Origin: the human T2T-CHM13v2.0 reference genome, Homo sapiens
Length of the DNA: 64,000 bases
Direction: 5' to 3' (one strand)
NCBI RefSeq assembly: GCF_009914755.1
Contig: NC_060946.1
Each line of letters opens with the position of its first letter. Within the stretch, counting starts at the first letter, position 1. Positions 37,801 through 51,669 of this stretch are shown here, piece after piece. Below the pieces are notes generated by a model. That model did no database searches. It saw only the letters and a list, made by a program, of their open reading frames with translations, and was not told where the DNA came from. The position numbers and the translations under genes were made by a program.

Positions 37801-40264
37801 AGATATTTCCCTTTTCACCGTAGGCGTCAAGGCGCTCCAAATGTCCACTTCCAGATACTACAAAAAGAGTGTTTCAAACCTACTCTGTGAAAGGGAATAT
37901 TCAACTCTGTGACTTGAATGCACATATCACAAAGAAGTTTCTGAGAATGCTTCTGTCGAGATTTTATATGAAGATGTTCCCGTTTCCAACGAAATCCTGA
38001 AATCTATCCAAATATCACCTCGCAGATTCTACAAAAAGAGTGTTTCAAAACTGCTCTGTAAAAAGAAAGTTTCAACTCTGTTACTTGAGTACACACATCA
38101 CAAACAAGTTTCACAGAATGCTTCTTTCTAGCTTGTAGGGGAAGATATTCCCTTTATCACCATGGTCCTCAAACCGTCCGAAACGTCCACTTCCATATAC
38201 TACAAAAAGAGCGTTTCAAACCTGCTCTATGAAAGGCAATGTTCAACTCTGTGACTTGAATGCAGACATCACAGAGCAGTTTCTGAGAATGCTTCTGTCT
38301 AGATTTTATAGGAAGATATTCCCGTTTCCAACGAAATCTTCACAGCTATCCAAATATCCACTTGCAGATTCTACAAAAAGAGTGTATCAAAACTGCTCTG
38401 TCAAAAGGAAGGTTCTTCTCTTTTAGGTGAGTGCATACGTCATAAAGGAGTTTCTGAGAATGTTTCTGTCTAGTGGTTATGGGAAGATATTTGCTTTTTC
38501 ACCGTAGGCCTCAGAGCGCTCCAAATATCCACTTGCACATACTACAAAAAGAGTGCCTCAAAGCTGCTCTCTGAAACGGAATGTTCAACTCTATGAGTTG
38601 AATGCAAACATCACAAAGACGTTTCTGAGAATGCTTCTGTCTAGATTTGATATGAAGATATTCCCGTTTCCAACGAAATCTTCAAATCTATCCAAATGTC
38701 CACTTGCAGATTCAACAAAAAGTGTTTTTCAGAACTGCTCTATCAAAAGAAAGATCCACCTCTGTTAGCTGAGTTCACACATCACAAACAAGTTTATGAG
38801 AATGCTTCTGTCTAGTTTTTATTTGAAGATATTTCCTTTCTCACCATAGACCTGAAAGCTGTCCTAATGTTCACTTCCAGATACTACAGAAAGAGTGTTT
38901 CAAAACTGCTGTACGAAAGGGAATGTTCAACTCTGTGACTTGAATGCACACATCACAAAGAAGTTTCTGAGGATGCTGCTGTCTACTTTTTATACGTAAT
39001 CCCGTTTCCAACGAAATCCTCCAAGCTATCCAAATATCCACTTGCAGATTCCACAGAAAGACTGTTTCAAAACTGCTCTGTCAATAGAAAGGTTCAACTC
39101 TGTTAGCTGCGTGCATATATCTCAAAGAAGATTCTGAGATTGCTTCTGTCTAGTTTTTATGGGAAGATATTTCCCTTTTCACCGTAGGCGTCAAGGCGCT
39201 CCAAATGTCCACTTCCAGATACTACAAAAAGAGTGTTTCAAACCTACTCTGTGAAAGCGAATATTCAACTCTGTGACTTGAATGCACATATCACAAAGAA
39301 GTTTCTGAGAATGCTTCTGTCGAGATTTTATATGAAGATATTCCCGTTTCCAACGAAATCCTGAAATCTATCCAAATATCCCCTCGCAGATTCTACAAAA
39401 AGAGTGTTTCAAAACTGCTCTGTAAAAAGAAAGGTTCAACTCTGTTAGTTGAGTACACACATCACAAACAAGTTTCACAGAATGCTTCTTTCTAGCTTGT
39501 AGGGGAAGATATTCCCTTTATCACCATGGGCCTCCAACCGTCCGAAACGTCCACTTCCATATACTACCAAAAGAGCGTTTCAAACCTGCTCTAGGAAAGG
39601 CAATGTTCAACTCTGTGACTTGAATGCAGACATCACAGAGCAGTTTATGAGAATGCTTCCGTCTAGATTTTATAGGAAGATATTCCCGTTTCCAACGAAA
39701 TCTTCACAGCTATCCAAATATCCACTTGCAGATTCTACAAAAAGAGTGTATCAAAACTGCTCTGTCAAAAGGAAGGTTCTTCTCTGTTAGGTGAGTGCAT
39801 ACGTCATAAAGGAGTTTCTGAGAATGTTTCTGTCTAGTGGTTATGGGAAGATATTTGCTTTTTCACCGTAGGCCTCAGAGCGCTCCAAATATCCACTTGC
39901 ACATACTACAAAAAGAGTGCCTCAAAGCTGCTCTCTGAAACGGAATGTTCAACTCTATGAGTTGAATGCAAACATCACAAAGACGTTTCTGAGAATGCTT
40001 CTGTCTAGATTTGATATGAAGATATTCCCGTTTCCAACAAAATCTTCAAATCTATCCAAATGTCCACTTGCAGATTCAACAAAAAGTGTTTTTCAGAACT
40101 GCTCTATCAAAAGAAAGATCCACCTCTGTTAGCTGAGTTCACACATCACAAACAAGTTTATGAGAATGCTTCTGTCTAGTTTTTATTTGAAGATATTTCC
40201 TTTCTCACCATAGACCTGAAAGCTGTCCTAATGTTCACTTCCAGATACTACAGAAAGAGTGTTT
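34810..40264. repeat. Tandem duplication of a 2-HOR (2728-bp, 16-monomer) unit
   Basis: Variants TCTTTTAGG (35694/38422), CTTCCGTC and CCAACAAAA (37311/40039) recur at +2728 and were seen nowhere else. Confidence 0.88.
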
Positions 40265-43200
40265 CAAAACTGCTGTACGAAAGGGAATGTTCAACTCTGT
40301 GACTTGAATGCACACATCACAAAGAAGTTTCTGAGGATGCTGCTGTCTACTTTTTATACGTAATCCCGTTTCCAACGAAATCCTCCAAGCTATCCAAATA
40401 TCCACTTGCAGATTCCACAGAAAGACTGTTTCAAAACTGCTCTGTCAATAGAAAGGTTCAACTCTGTTAGCTGCGTGCATATATCCCAAAGAAGATTCTG
40501 AGATTGCTTCTGTCTAGTTTTTATGGGAAGATATTTCCCTTTTCACCGTAGGCGTCAAGGCGCTCCAAATGTCCACTTCCAGATACTACAAAAAGAGTGT
40601 TTCAAACCTACTCTGTGAAAGCGAATATTCAACTCTGTGACTTGAATGCACATATCACAAAGAAGTTTCTGAGAATGCTTCTGTCGAGATTTTATATGAA
40701 GATATTCCCGTTTCCAACGAAATCCTGAAATCTATCCAAATATCCCCTCGCAGATTCTACAAAAAGAGTGTTTCAAAACTGCTCTGTAAAAAGAAAGGTT
40801 CAACTCTGTTAGTTGAGTACACACATCACAAACAAGTTTCACAGAATGCTTCTTTCTAGCTTGTAGGGGAAGATATTCCCTTTATCACCATGGGCCTCCA
40901 ACCGTCCGAAACGTCCACTTCCATATACTACCAAAAGAGCGTTTCAAACCTGCTCTAGGAAAGGCAATGTTCAACTCTGTGACTTGAATGCAAACATCAC
41001 AGAGCAGTTTCTGAGAATGCTTCTGTCTAGATTTTATAGGAAGATATTCCCGTTTCCAACGAAATCTTCACAGCTATCCAAATATCCACTTGCAGATTCT
41101 ACAAAAAGAGTGTATCAAAACTGCTCTGTCAAAAGGAAGGTTCTTCTCTGTTAGGTGAGTGCATACGTCATAAAGGAGTTTCTGAGAATGTTTCTGTCTA
41201 GTGGTTATGGGAAGATATTTGCTTTTTCACCGTAGGCCTCAGAGCGCTCCAAATATCCACTTGCACATACTACAAAAAGAGTGCCTCAAAGCTGCTCTCT
41301 GAAACGGAATGTTCAACTCTATGAGTTGAATGCAAACATCACAAAGACGTTTCTGAGAATGCTTCTGTCTAGATTTGATATGAAGATATTCCCGTTTCCA
41401 ACGAAATCTTCAAATCTATCCAAATGTCCACTTGCAGATTCAACAAAAAGTGTTTTTCAGAACTGCTCTATCAAAAGAAAGATCCACCTCTGTTAGCTGA
41501 GTTCACACATCACAAACAAGTTTATGAGAATGCTTCTGTCTAGTTTTTATTTGAAGATATTTCCTTTCTCACCATAGACCTGAAAGCTGTCCTAATGTTC
41601 ACTTCCAGATACTACAGAAAGAGTGTTTCAAAACTGCTGTACGAAAGGGAATGTTCAACTCTGTGACTTGAATGCACACATCACAAAGAAGTTTCTGAGG
41701 ATGCTGCTGTCTACTTTTTATACGTAATCCCGTTTCCAACGAAATCCTCCAAGCTATCCAAATATCCACTTGCAGATTCCACAGAAAGACTGTTTCAAAA
41801 CTGCTCTGTCAATAGAAAGGTTCAACTCTGTTAGCTGCGTGCATATATCCCAAAGAAGATTCTGAGATTGCTTCTGTCTAGTTTTTATGGGAAGATATTT
41901 CCCTTTTCACCGTAGGCGTTAAGGCGCTCCAAATGTCCACTTCCAGATAGTACAAAAAGAGTGTTTCAAACCTACTCTGTGAAAGGGAATATTCAACTCT
42001 GTGACTTGAATGCACATATCACAAAGAAGTTTCTGAGAATGCTTCTGTCGAGATTTTATATGAAGATGTTCCCGTTTCCAACGAAATCCTGAAATCTATC
42101 CAAATATCACCTCGCAGATTCTACAAAAAGAGTGTTTCAAAACTGCTCTGTAAAAAGAAAGTTTCAACTCTGTTACTTGAGTACACACATCACAAACAAG
42201 TTTCACAGAATGCTTCTTTCTAGCTTGTAGGGGAAGATATTCCCTTTATCACCATGGTCCTCAAACCGTCCGAAACGTCCACTTCCATATACTACAAAAA
42301 GAGCGTTTCAAACCTGCTCTATGAAAGGCAATGTTCAACTCTGTGACTTGAATGCAGACATCACAGAGCAGTTTCTGAGAATGCTTCTGTCTAGATTTTA
42401 TAGGAAGATATTCCCGTTTCCAACGAAATCTTCACAGCTATCCAAATATCCACTTGCAGATTCTACAAAAAGAGTGTATCAAAACTGCTCTGTCAAAAGG
42501 AAGGTTCTTCTCCGTTAGGTGAGTGCATACGTCATAAAGGAGTTTCTGAGAATGTTTCTGTCTAGTGGTTATGGGAAGATATTTGCTTTTTCACCGTAGG
42601 CCTCAGAGCGCTCCAAATATCCACTTGCACATACTACAAAAAGAGTGCCTCAAAGCTGCTCTTTGAAACGGAATGTTCAACTCTATGAGTTGAATGCAAA
42701 CATCACAAAGACGTTTCTGAGAATGCTTCTGTCTAGATTTGATATGAAGATATTCCCGTTTCCAACGAAATCTTCAAATCTATCCAAATGTCCACTTGCA
42801 GATTCAACAAAAAGTGTTTTTCAGAACTGCTCTATCAAAAGAAAGATCCACCTCTGTTAGCTGAGTTCACACATCACAAACAAGTTTATGAGAATGCTTC
42901 TGTCTAGTTTTTATTTGAAGATATTTCCTTTCTCACCATAGACCTGAAAGCTGTCCTAATGTTCACTTCCAGATACTACAGAAAGAGTGTTTCAAAACTG
43001 CTGTATGAAAGGGAATGTTCAACTCTGTGACTTGAATGCACACATCACAAAGAAGTTTCTGAGGATGCTGCTGTCTACTTTTTATACGTAATCCCGTTTC
43101 CAACGAAATCCTCCAAGCTATCCAAATATCCACTTGCAGATTCCACAGAAAGACTGTTTCAAAACTGCTCTGTCAATAGAAAGGTTCAACTCTGTTAGCT

Positions 43201-45721
43201 GCGTGCATATATCCCAAAGAAGATTCTGAGATTGCTTCTGTCTAGTTTTTATGGGAAGATATTTCCCTTTTCACCGTAGGCGTCAAGGCGCTCCAAATGT
43301 CCACTTCCAGACACTACAAAAAGAGTGTTTCAAACCTACTCTGTGAAAGCGAATATTCAACTCTGTGACTTGAATGCACATATCACAAAGAAGTTTCTGA
43401 GAATGCTTCTGTCGAGATTTTATATGAAGATATTCCCGTTTCCAACGAAATCCTGAAATCTATCCAAATATCCCCTCGCAGATTCTACAAAAAGAGTGTT
43501 TCAAAACTGCTCTGTAAAAAGAAAGGTTCAACTCTGTTAGTTGAGTACACACATCACAAACAAGTTTCACAGAATGCTTCTTTCTAGCTTGTAGGGGAAG
43601 ATATTCCCTTTATCACCATGGTCCTCAAACCGTCCGAAACGTCCACTTCCATATACTACAAAAAGAGCGTTTCAAACCTGCTCTAGGAAAGGCAATGTTC
43701 AACTCTGTGACTTGAATGCAGACATCACAGAGCAGTTTCTGAGAATGCTTCTGTCTAGATTTTATAGGAAGATATTCCCGTTTCCAACGAAATCTTCACA
43801 GCTATCCAAATATCCACTTGCAGATTCTACAAAAAGAGTGTATCAAAACTGCTCTGTCAAAAGGAAGGTTCTTCTCTGTTAGGTGAGTGCATACGTCATA
43901 AAGGAGTTTCTGAGAATGTTTCTGTCTAGTGGTTATGGGAAGATATTTGCTTTTTCACCGTAGGCCTCAGAGCGCTCCAAATATCCACTTGCACATACTA
44001 CAAAAAGAGTGCCTCAAAGCTGCTCTCTGAAACGGAATGTTCAACTCTATGAGTTGAATGCAAACATCACAAAGACGTTTCTGAGAATGCTTCTGTCTAG
44101 ATTTGATATGAAGATATTCCCGTTTCCAACGAAATCTTCAAATCTATCCAAATGTCCACTTGCATAACCAACAAAAAGTGTTTTTCAGAACTGCTGTATC
44201 AAAAGAAAGATCCACGTCTGTTAGCTGAGTTCACACATCACAAACAAGTTTATGAGAATGCTTCTGTCTAGTTTTTATTTGAAGATATTTCCTTTCTCAC
44301 CATAGACCTGAAAGCTGTCCTAATGTTCACTTCCAGATACTACAGAAAGAGTGTTTCAAAACTGCTGTACGAAAGGGAATTTTCAACTCTGTGACTTGAA
44401 TGCACACATCACAAAGAAGTTTCTGAGGATGCTGCTGTCTACTTTTTATACGTAATCCCGTTTCCAACGAAATCCTCCAAGCTATCCAAATATCCACTTG
44501 CAGATTCCACAGAAAGACTGTTTCAAAACTGCTCTGTCAATAGAAAGGTTCAACTCTGTTAGCTGCGTGCATATATCCCAAAGAAGATTCTGAGATTGCT
44601 TCTGTCTAGTTTTTATGGGAAGATATTTCCCTTTTCACCGTAGGCGTCAAGGCGCTCCAAATGTCCACTTCCAGATACTACAAAAAGAGTGTTTCAAACC
44701 TACTCTGTGAAAGGGAATATTCAACTCTGTGACTTGAATGCACATATCACAAAGAAGTTTCTGAGAATGCTTCTGTCGAGATTTTATATGAAGATATTCC
44801 CGTTTCCAACGAAATCCTGAAATCTATCCAAATATCCCCTCGCAGATTCTACAAAAAGAGTGTTTCAAAACTGCTCTGTAAAAAGAAAGGTTCAACTCTG
44901 TTAGTTGAGTACACACATCACAAACAAGTTTCACAGAATGCTTCTTTCTAGCTTGTAGGGGAAGATATTCCCTTTATCACCATGGGCCTCCAACCGTCCG
45001 AAACGTCCACTTCCATATACTACCAAAAGAGCGTTTCAAACCTGCTCTAGGAAAGGCAATGTTCAACTCTGTGACTTGAATGCAAACATCACAGAGCAGT
45101 TTCTGAGAATGCTTCTGTCTAGATTTTATAGGAAGATATTCCCGTTTCCAACGAAATCTTCACAGCTATCCAAATATCCACTTGCAGATTCTACAAAAAG
45201 AGTGTATCAAAACTGCTCTGTCAAAAGGAAGGTTCTTCTCTGTTAGGTGAGTGCATACGTCATAAAGGAGTTTCTGAGAATGTTTCTGTCTAGTGGTTAT
45301 GGGAAGATATTTGCTTTTTCACCGTAGGCCTCAGAGCGCTCCAAATATCCACTTGCACATACTACAAAAAGAGTGCCTCAAAGCTGCTCTCTGAAACGGA
45401 ATGTTCAACTCTATGAGTTGAATGCAAACATCACAAAGACGTTTCTGAGAATGCTTCTGTCTAGATTTGATATGAAGATATTCCCGTTTCCAACGAAATC
45501 TTCAAATCTATCCAAATGTCCACTTGCATAATCAACAAAAAGTGTTTTTCAGAACTGCTCTATCAAAAGAAAGATCCACCTCTGTTAGCTGAGTTCACAC
45601 ATCACAAACAAGTTTATGAGAATGCTTCTGTCTAGTTTTTATTTGAAGATATTTCCTTTCTCACCATAGACCTGAAAGCTGTCCTAATGTTCACTTCCAG
45701 ATACTACAGAAAGAGTGTTTA

Positions 45722-48700
45722 AAAACTGCTGTACGAAAGGGAATGTTCAACTCTGTGACTTGAATGCACACATCACAAAGAAGTTTCTGAGGATGCTGCT
45801 GTCTACTTTTTATACGTAATCCCGTTTCCAACGAAATCCTCCAAGCTATCCAAATATCCACTTGCAGATTCCACAGAAAGACTGTTTCAAAACTGCTCTG
45901 TCAATAGAAAGGTTCAACTCTGTTAGCTGCGTGCATATATCCCAAAGAAGATTCTGAGATTGCTTCTGTCTAGTTTTTATGGGAAGATATTTCCCTTTTC
46001 ACCGTAGGCGTCAAGGCGCTCCAAATGTCCACTTCCAGATACTACAAAAAGAGTGTTTCAAACCTACTCTGTGAAAGCGAATATTCAACTCTGTGACTTG
46101 AATGCACATATCACAAAGAAGTTTCTGAGAATGCTTCTGTCGAGATTTTATATGAAGATATTCCCGTTTCCAACGAAATCCTGAAATCTATCCAAATATC
46201 CCCTCGCAGATTCTACAAAAAGAGTGTTTCAAAACTGCTCTGTAAAAAGAAAGGTTCAACTCTGTTAGTTGAGTACACACATCACAAACAAGTTTCACAG
46301 AATGCTTCTTTCTAGCTTGTAGGGGAAGATATTCCCTTTATCACCATGGGCCTCCAACCGTCCGAAACATCCACTTCCATATACTACAAAAAGAGCGTTT
46401 CAAACCTGCTCTATGAAAGGCAATGTTCAACTCTGTGACTTGAAAGCAGACATCACAGAGCAGTTTCTGAGAATGCTTCTGTCTAGATTTTATAGGAAGA
46501 TATTCCCGTTTCCAACGAAATCTTCACATCTATCCAAATATCCACTTGCAGATTCTTCAAAAAGAGTGTATCAAAACTGCTCTGTCAAAAGGAAGGTTCT
46601 TCTCTGTTAGGTGAGTGCATACGTCATAAAGGAGTTTCTGGGAATGTTTCTGTCTAGTGGTTATGGGAAGATATTTGCTTTTTCACCGTAGGCCTCAGAG
46701 CGCTCCAAATATCCACTTGCACATACTACAAAAAGAGTGCCTCAAAGCTGCTCTCTGAAACGGAATGTTCAACTCTATGAGTTGAATGCAAACATCACAA
46801 AGACGTTTCTGAGAATGCTTCTGTCTAGATTTGATATGAAGATATTCCCGTTTCCAACGAAATCTTCAAATCTATCCAAATGTCCACTTGCATAATCAAC
46901 AAAAAGTGTTTTTCAGAACTGCTCTATCAAAAGAAAGATCCACCTCTGTTAGCTGAGTTCACACATCACAAACAAGTTTATGAGAATGCTTCTGTCTAGT
47001 TTTTATTTGAAGATATTTCCTTTCTCACCATAGACCTGAAAGCTGTCCTAATGTTCACTTCCAGATACTACAGAAAGAGTGTTTCAAAACTGCTGTACGA
47101 AAGGGAATGTTCAACTCTGTGACTTGAATGCACACATCACAAAGAAGTTTCTGAGGATGCTGCTGTCTACTTTTTATACGTAATCCCGTTTCCAACGAAA
47201 TCCTCCAAGCTATCCAAATATCCACTTGCAGATTCCACAGAAAGACTGTTTCAAAACTGCTCTGTCAATAGAAAGGTTCAACTCTGTTAGCTGCGTGCAT
47301 ATATCCCAAAGAAGATTCTGAGATTGCTTCTGTCTAGTTTTTATGGGAAGATATTTCCCTTTTCACCGTAGGCGTCAAGGCGCTCCAAATGTCCACTTCC
47401 AGATACTACAAAAAGAGTGTTTCAAACCTACTCTGTGAAAGCGAATATTCAACTCTGTGACTTGAATGCACATATCACAAAGAAGTTTCTGAGAATGCTT
47501 CTGTCGAGATTTTATATGAAGATATTCCCGTTTCCAACGAAATCCTGAAATCTATCCAAATATCCCCTCGCAGATTCTACAAAAAGAGTGTTTCAAAACT
47601 GCTCTGTAAAAAGAAAGGTTCAACTCTGTTAGTTGAGTACACACATCACAAACAAGTTTCACAGAATGCTTCTTTCTAGCTTGTAGGGGAAGATATTCCC
47701 TTTATCACCATGGTCCTCAAACCGTCCGAAACGTCCACTTCCATATACTACCAAAAGAGCGTTTCAAACCTGCTCTAGGAAAGGCAATGTTCAACTCTGT
47801 GACTTGAATGCAGACATCACAGAGCAGTTTCTGAGAATGCTTCTGTCTAGATTTTATAGGAAGATATTCCCGTTTCCAACGAAATCTTCACAGCTATCCA
47901 AATATCCACTTGCAGATTCTACAAAAAGAGTGTATCAAAACTGCTCTGTCAAAAGGAAGGTTCTTCTCTGTTAGGTGAGTGCATACGTCATAAAGGAGTT
48001 TCTGAGAATGTTTCTGTCTAGTGGTTATGGGAAGATATTTGCTTTTTCACCGTAGGCCTCAGAGCGCTCCAAATATCCACTTGCACATACTACAAAAAGA
48101 GTGCCTCAAAGCTGCTCTCTGAAACGGAATGTTCAACTCTATGAGTTGAATGCAAACATCACAAAGACGTTTCTGAGAATGCTTCTGTCTAGATTTGATA
48201 TGAAGATATTCCCGTTTCCAACGAAATCTTCAAATCTATCCAAATGTCCACTTGCATAATCAACAAAAAGTGTTTTTCAGAACTGCTGTATCAAAAGAAA
48301 GATCCACGTCTGTTAGCTGAGTTCACACATCACAAACAAGTTTATGAGAATGCTTCTGTCTAGTTTTTATTTGAAGATATTTCCTTTCTCACCATAGACC
48401 TGAAAGCTGTCCTAATGTTCACTTCCAGATACTACAGAAAGAGTGTTTCAAAACTGCTGTACGAAAGGGAATGTTCAACTCTGTGACTTGAATGCACACA
48501 TCACAAAGAAGTTTCTGAGGATGCTGCTGTCTACTTTTTATACGTAATCCCGTTTCCAACGAAATCCTCCAAGCTATCCAAATATCCACTTGCAGATTCC
48601 ACAGAAAGACTGTTTCAAAACTGCTCTGTCAATAGAAAGGTTCAACTCTGTTAGCTGCGTGCATATATCCCAAAGAAGATTCTGAGATTGCTTCTGTCTA

Positions 48701-51669
48701 GTTTTTATGGGAAGATATTTCCCTTTTCACCGTAGGCGTCAAGGCGCTCCAAATGTCCACTTCCAGATACTACAAAAAGAGTGTTTCAAACCTACTCTGT
48801 GAAAGCGAATATTCAACTCTGTGACTTGAATGCACATATCACAAAGAAGTTTCTGAGAATGCTTCTGTCGAGATTTTATATGAAGATATTCCCGTTTCCA
48901 ACGAAATCCTGAAATCTATCCAAATATCCCCTCGCAGATTCTACAAAAAGAGTGTTTCAAAACTGCTCTGTAAAAAGAAAGGTTCAACTCTGTTAGTTGA
49001 GTACACACATCACAAACAAGTTTCACAGAATGCTTCTTTCTAGCTTGTAGGGGAAGATATTCCCTTTATCACCATGGGCCTCCAACCGTCCGAAACATCC
49101 ACTTCCATATACTACAAAAAGAGCGTTTCAAACCTGCTCTATGAAAGGCAATGTTCAACTCTGTGACTTGAAAGCAGACATCACAGAGCAGTTTCTGAGA
49201 ATGCTTCTGTCTAGATTTTATAGGAAGATATTCCCGTTTCCAACGAAATCTTCACATCTATCCAAATATCCACTTGCAGATTCTTCAAAAAGAGTGTATC
49301 AAAACTGCTCTGTCAAAAGGAAGGTTCTTCTCTGTTAGGTGAGTGCATACGTCATAAAGGAGTTTCTGGGAATGTTTCTGTCTAGTGGTTATGGGAAGAT
49401 ATTTGCTTTTTCACCGTAGGCCTCAGAGCGCTCCAAATATCCACTTGCACATACTACAAAAAGAGTGCCTCAAAGCTGCTCTCTGAAACGGAATGTTCAA
49501 CTCTATGAGTTGAATGCAAACATCACAAAGACGTTTCTGAGAATGCTTCTGTCTAGATTTGATATGAAGATATTCCCGTTTCCAACGAAATCTTCAAATC
49601 TATCCAAATGTCCACTTGCATAATCAACAAAAAGTGTTTTTCAGAACTGCTCTATCAAAAGAAAGATCCACCTCTGTTAGCTGAGTTCACACATCACAAA
49701 CAAGTTTATGAGAATGCTTCTGTCTAGTTTTTATTTGAAGATATTTCCTTTCTCACCATAGACCTGAAAGCTGTCCTAATGTTCACTTCCAGATACTACA
49801 GAAAGAGTGTTTCAAAACTGCTGTACGAAAGGGAATGTTCAACTCTGTGACTTGAATGCACACATCACAAAGAAGTTTCTGAGGATGCTGCTGTCTACTT
49901 TTTATACGTAATCCCGTTTCCAACGAAATCCTCCAAGCTATCCAAATATCCACTTGCAGATTCCACAGAAAGACTGTTTCAAAACTGCTCTGTCAATAGA
50001 AAGGTTCAACTCTGTTAGCTGCGTGCATATATCCCAAAGAAGATTCTGAGATTGCTTCTGTCTAGTTTTTATGGGAAGATATTTCCCTTTTCACCGTAGG
50101 CGTCAAGGCGCTCCAAATGTCCACTTCCAGATACTACAAAAAGAGTGTTTCAAACCTACTCTGTGAAAGCGAATATTCAACTCTGTGACTTGAATGCACA
50201 TATCACAAAGAAGTTTCTGAGAATGCTTCTGTCGAGATTTTATATGAAGATATTCCCGTTTCCAACGAAATCCTGAAATCTATCCAAATATCCCCTCGCA
50301 GATTCTACAAAAAGAGTGTTTCAAAACTGCTCTGTAAAAAGAAAGGTTCAACTCTGTTAGTTGAGTACACACATCACAAACAAGTTTCACAGAATGCTTC
50401 TTTCTAGCTTGTAGGGGAAGATATTCCCTTTATCACCATGGTCCTCAAACCGTCCGAAACGTCCACTTCCATATACTACCAAAAGAGCGTTTCAAACCTG
50501 CTCTAGGAAAGGCAATGTTCAACTCTGTGACTTGAATGCAGACATCACAGAGCAGTTTCTGAGAATGCTTCTGTCTAGATTTTATAGGAAGATATTCCCG
50601 TTTCCAACGAAATCTTCACAGCTATCCAAATATCCACTTGCAGATTCTACAAAAAGAGTGTATCAAAACTGCTCTGTCAAAAGGAAGGTTCTTCTCTGTT
50701 AGGTGAGTGCATACGTCATAAAGGAGTTTCTGAGAATGTTTCTGTCTAGTGGTTATGGGAAGATATTTGCTTTTTCACCGTAGGCCTCAGAGCGCTCCAA
50801 ATATCCACTTGCACATACTACAAAAAGAGTGCCTCAAAGCTGCTCTCTGAAACGGAATGTTCAACTCTATGAGTTGAATGCAAACATCACAAAGACGTTT
50901 CTGAGAATGCTTCTGTCTAGATTTGATATGAAGATATTCCCGTTTCCAACGAAATCTTCAAATCTATCCAAATGTCCACTTGCATAATCAACAAAAAGTG
51001 TTTTTCAGAACTGCTGTATCAAAAGAAAGATCCACGTCTGTTAGCTGAGTTCACACATCACAAACAAGTTTATGAGAATGCTTCTGTCTAGTTTTTATTT
51101 GAAGATATTTCCTTTCTCACCATAGACCTGAAAGCTGTCCTAATGTTCACTTCCAGATACTACAGAAAGAGTGTTTCAAAACTGCTGTACGAAAGGGAAT
51201 GTTCAACTCTGTGACTTGAATGCACACATCACAAAGAAGTTTCTGAGGATGCTGCTGTCTACTTTTTATACGTAATCCCGTTTCCAACGAAATCCTCCAA
51301 GCTATCCAAATATCCACTTGCAGATTCCACAGAAAGACTGTTTCAAAACTGCTCTGTCAATAGAAAGGTTCAACTCTGTTAGCTGCGTGCATATATCCCA
51401 AAGAAGATTCTGAGATTGCTTCTGTCTAGTTTTTATGGGAAGATATTTCCCTTTTCACCGTAGGCGTCAAGGCGCTCCAAATGTCCACTTCCAGATACTA
51501 CAAAAAGAGTGTTTCAAACCTACTCTGTGAAAGCGAATATTCAACTCTGTGACTTGAATGCACATATCACAAAGAAGTTTCTGAGAATGCTTCTGTCGAG
51601 ATTTTATATGAAGATATTCCCGTTTCCAACGAAATCCTGAAATCTATCCAAATATCCCCTCGCAGATTC
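45722..51669. repeat. Tandem duplication of a 2-HOR (2728-bp) unit
   Basis: HOR34 = HOR36 (ATG, GAAAGCAG, CACATCT, TTCTTCA, TCTGGGA, GCATAATC) and HOR35 = HOR37 up to offset 1201. Confidence 0.88.

Noticed and set aside
41920-41950. Private SNVs T41920 and G41950 (also C14439, G12526, A8443)
   Set aside because: Singletons with no effect on known motifs; could be new mutations or consensus errors.
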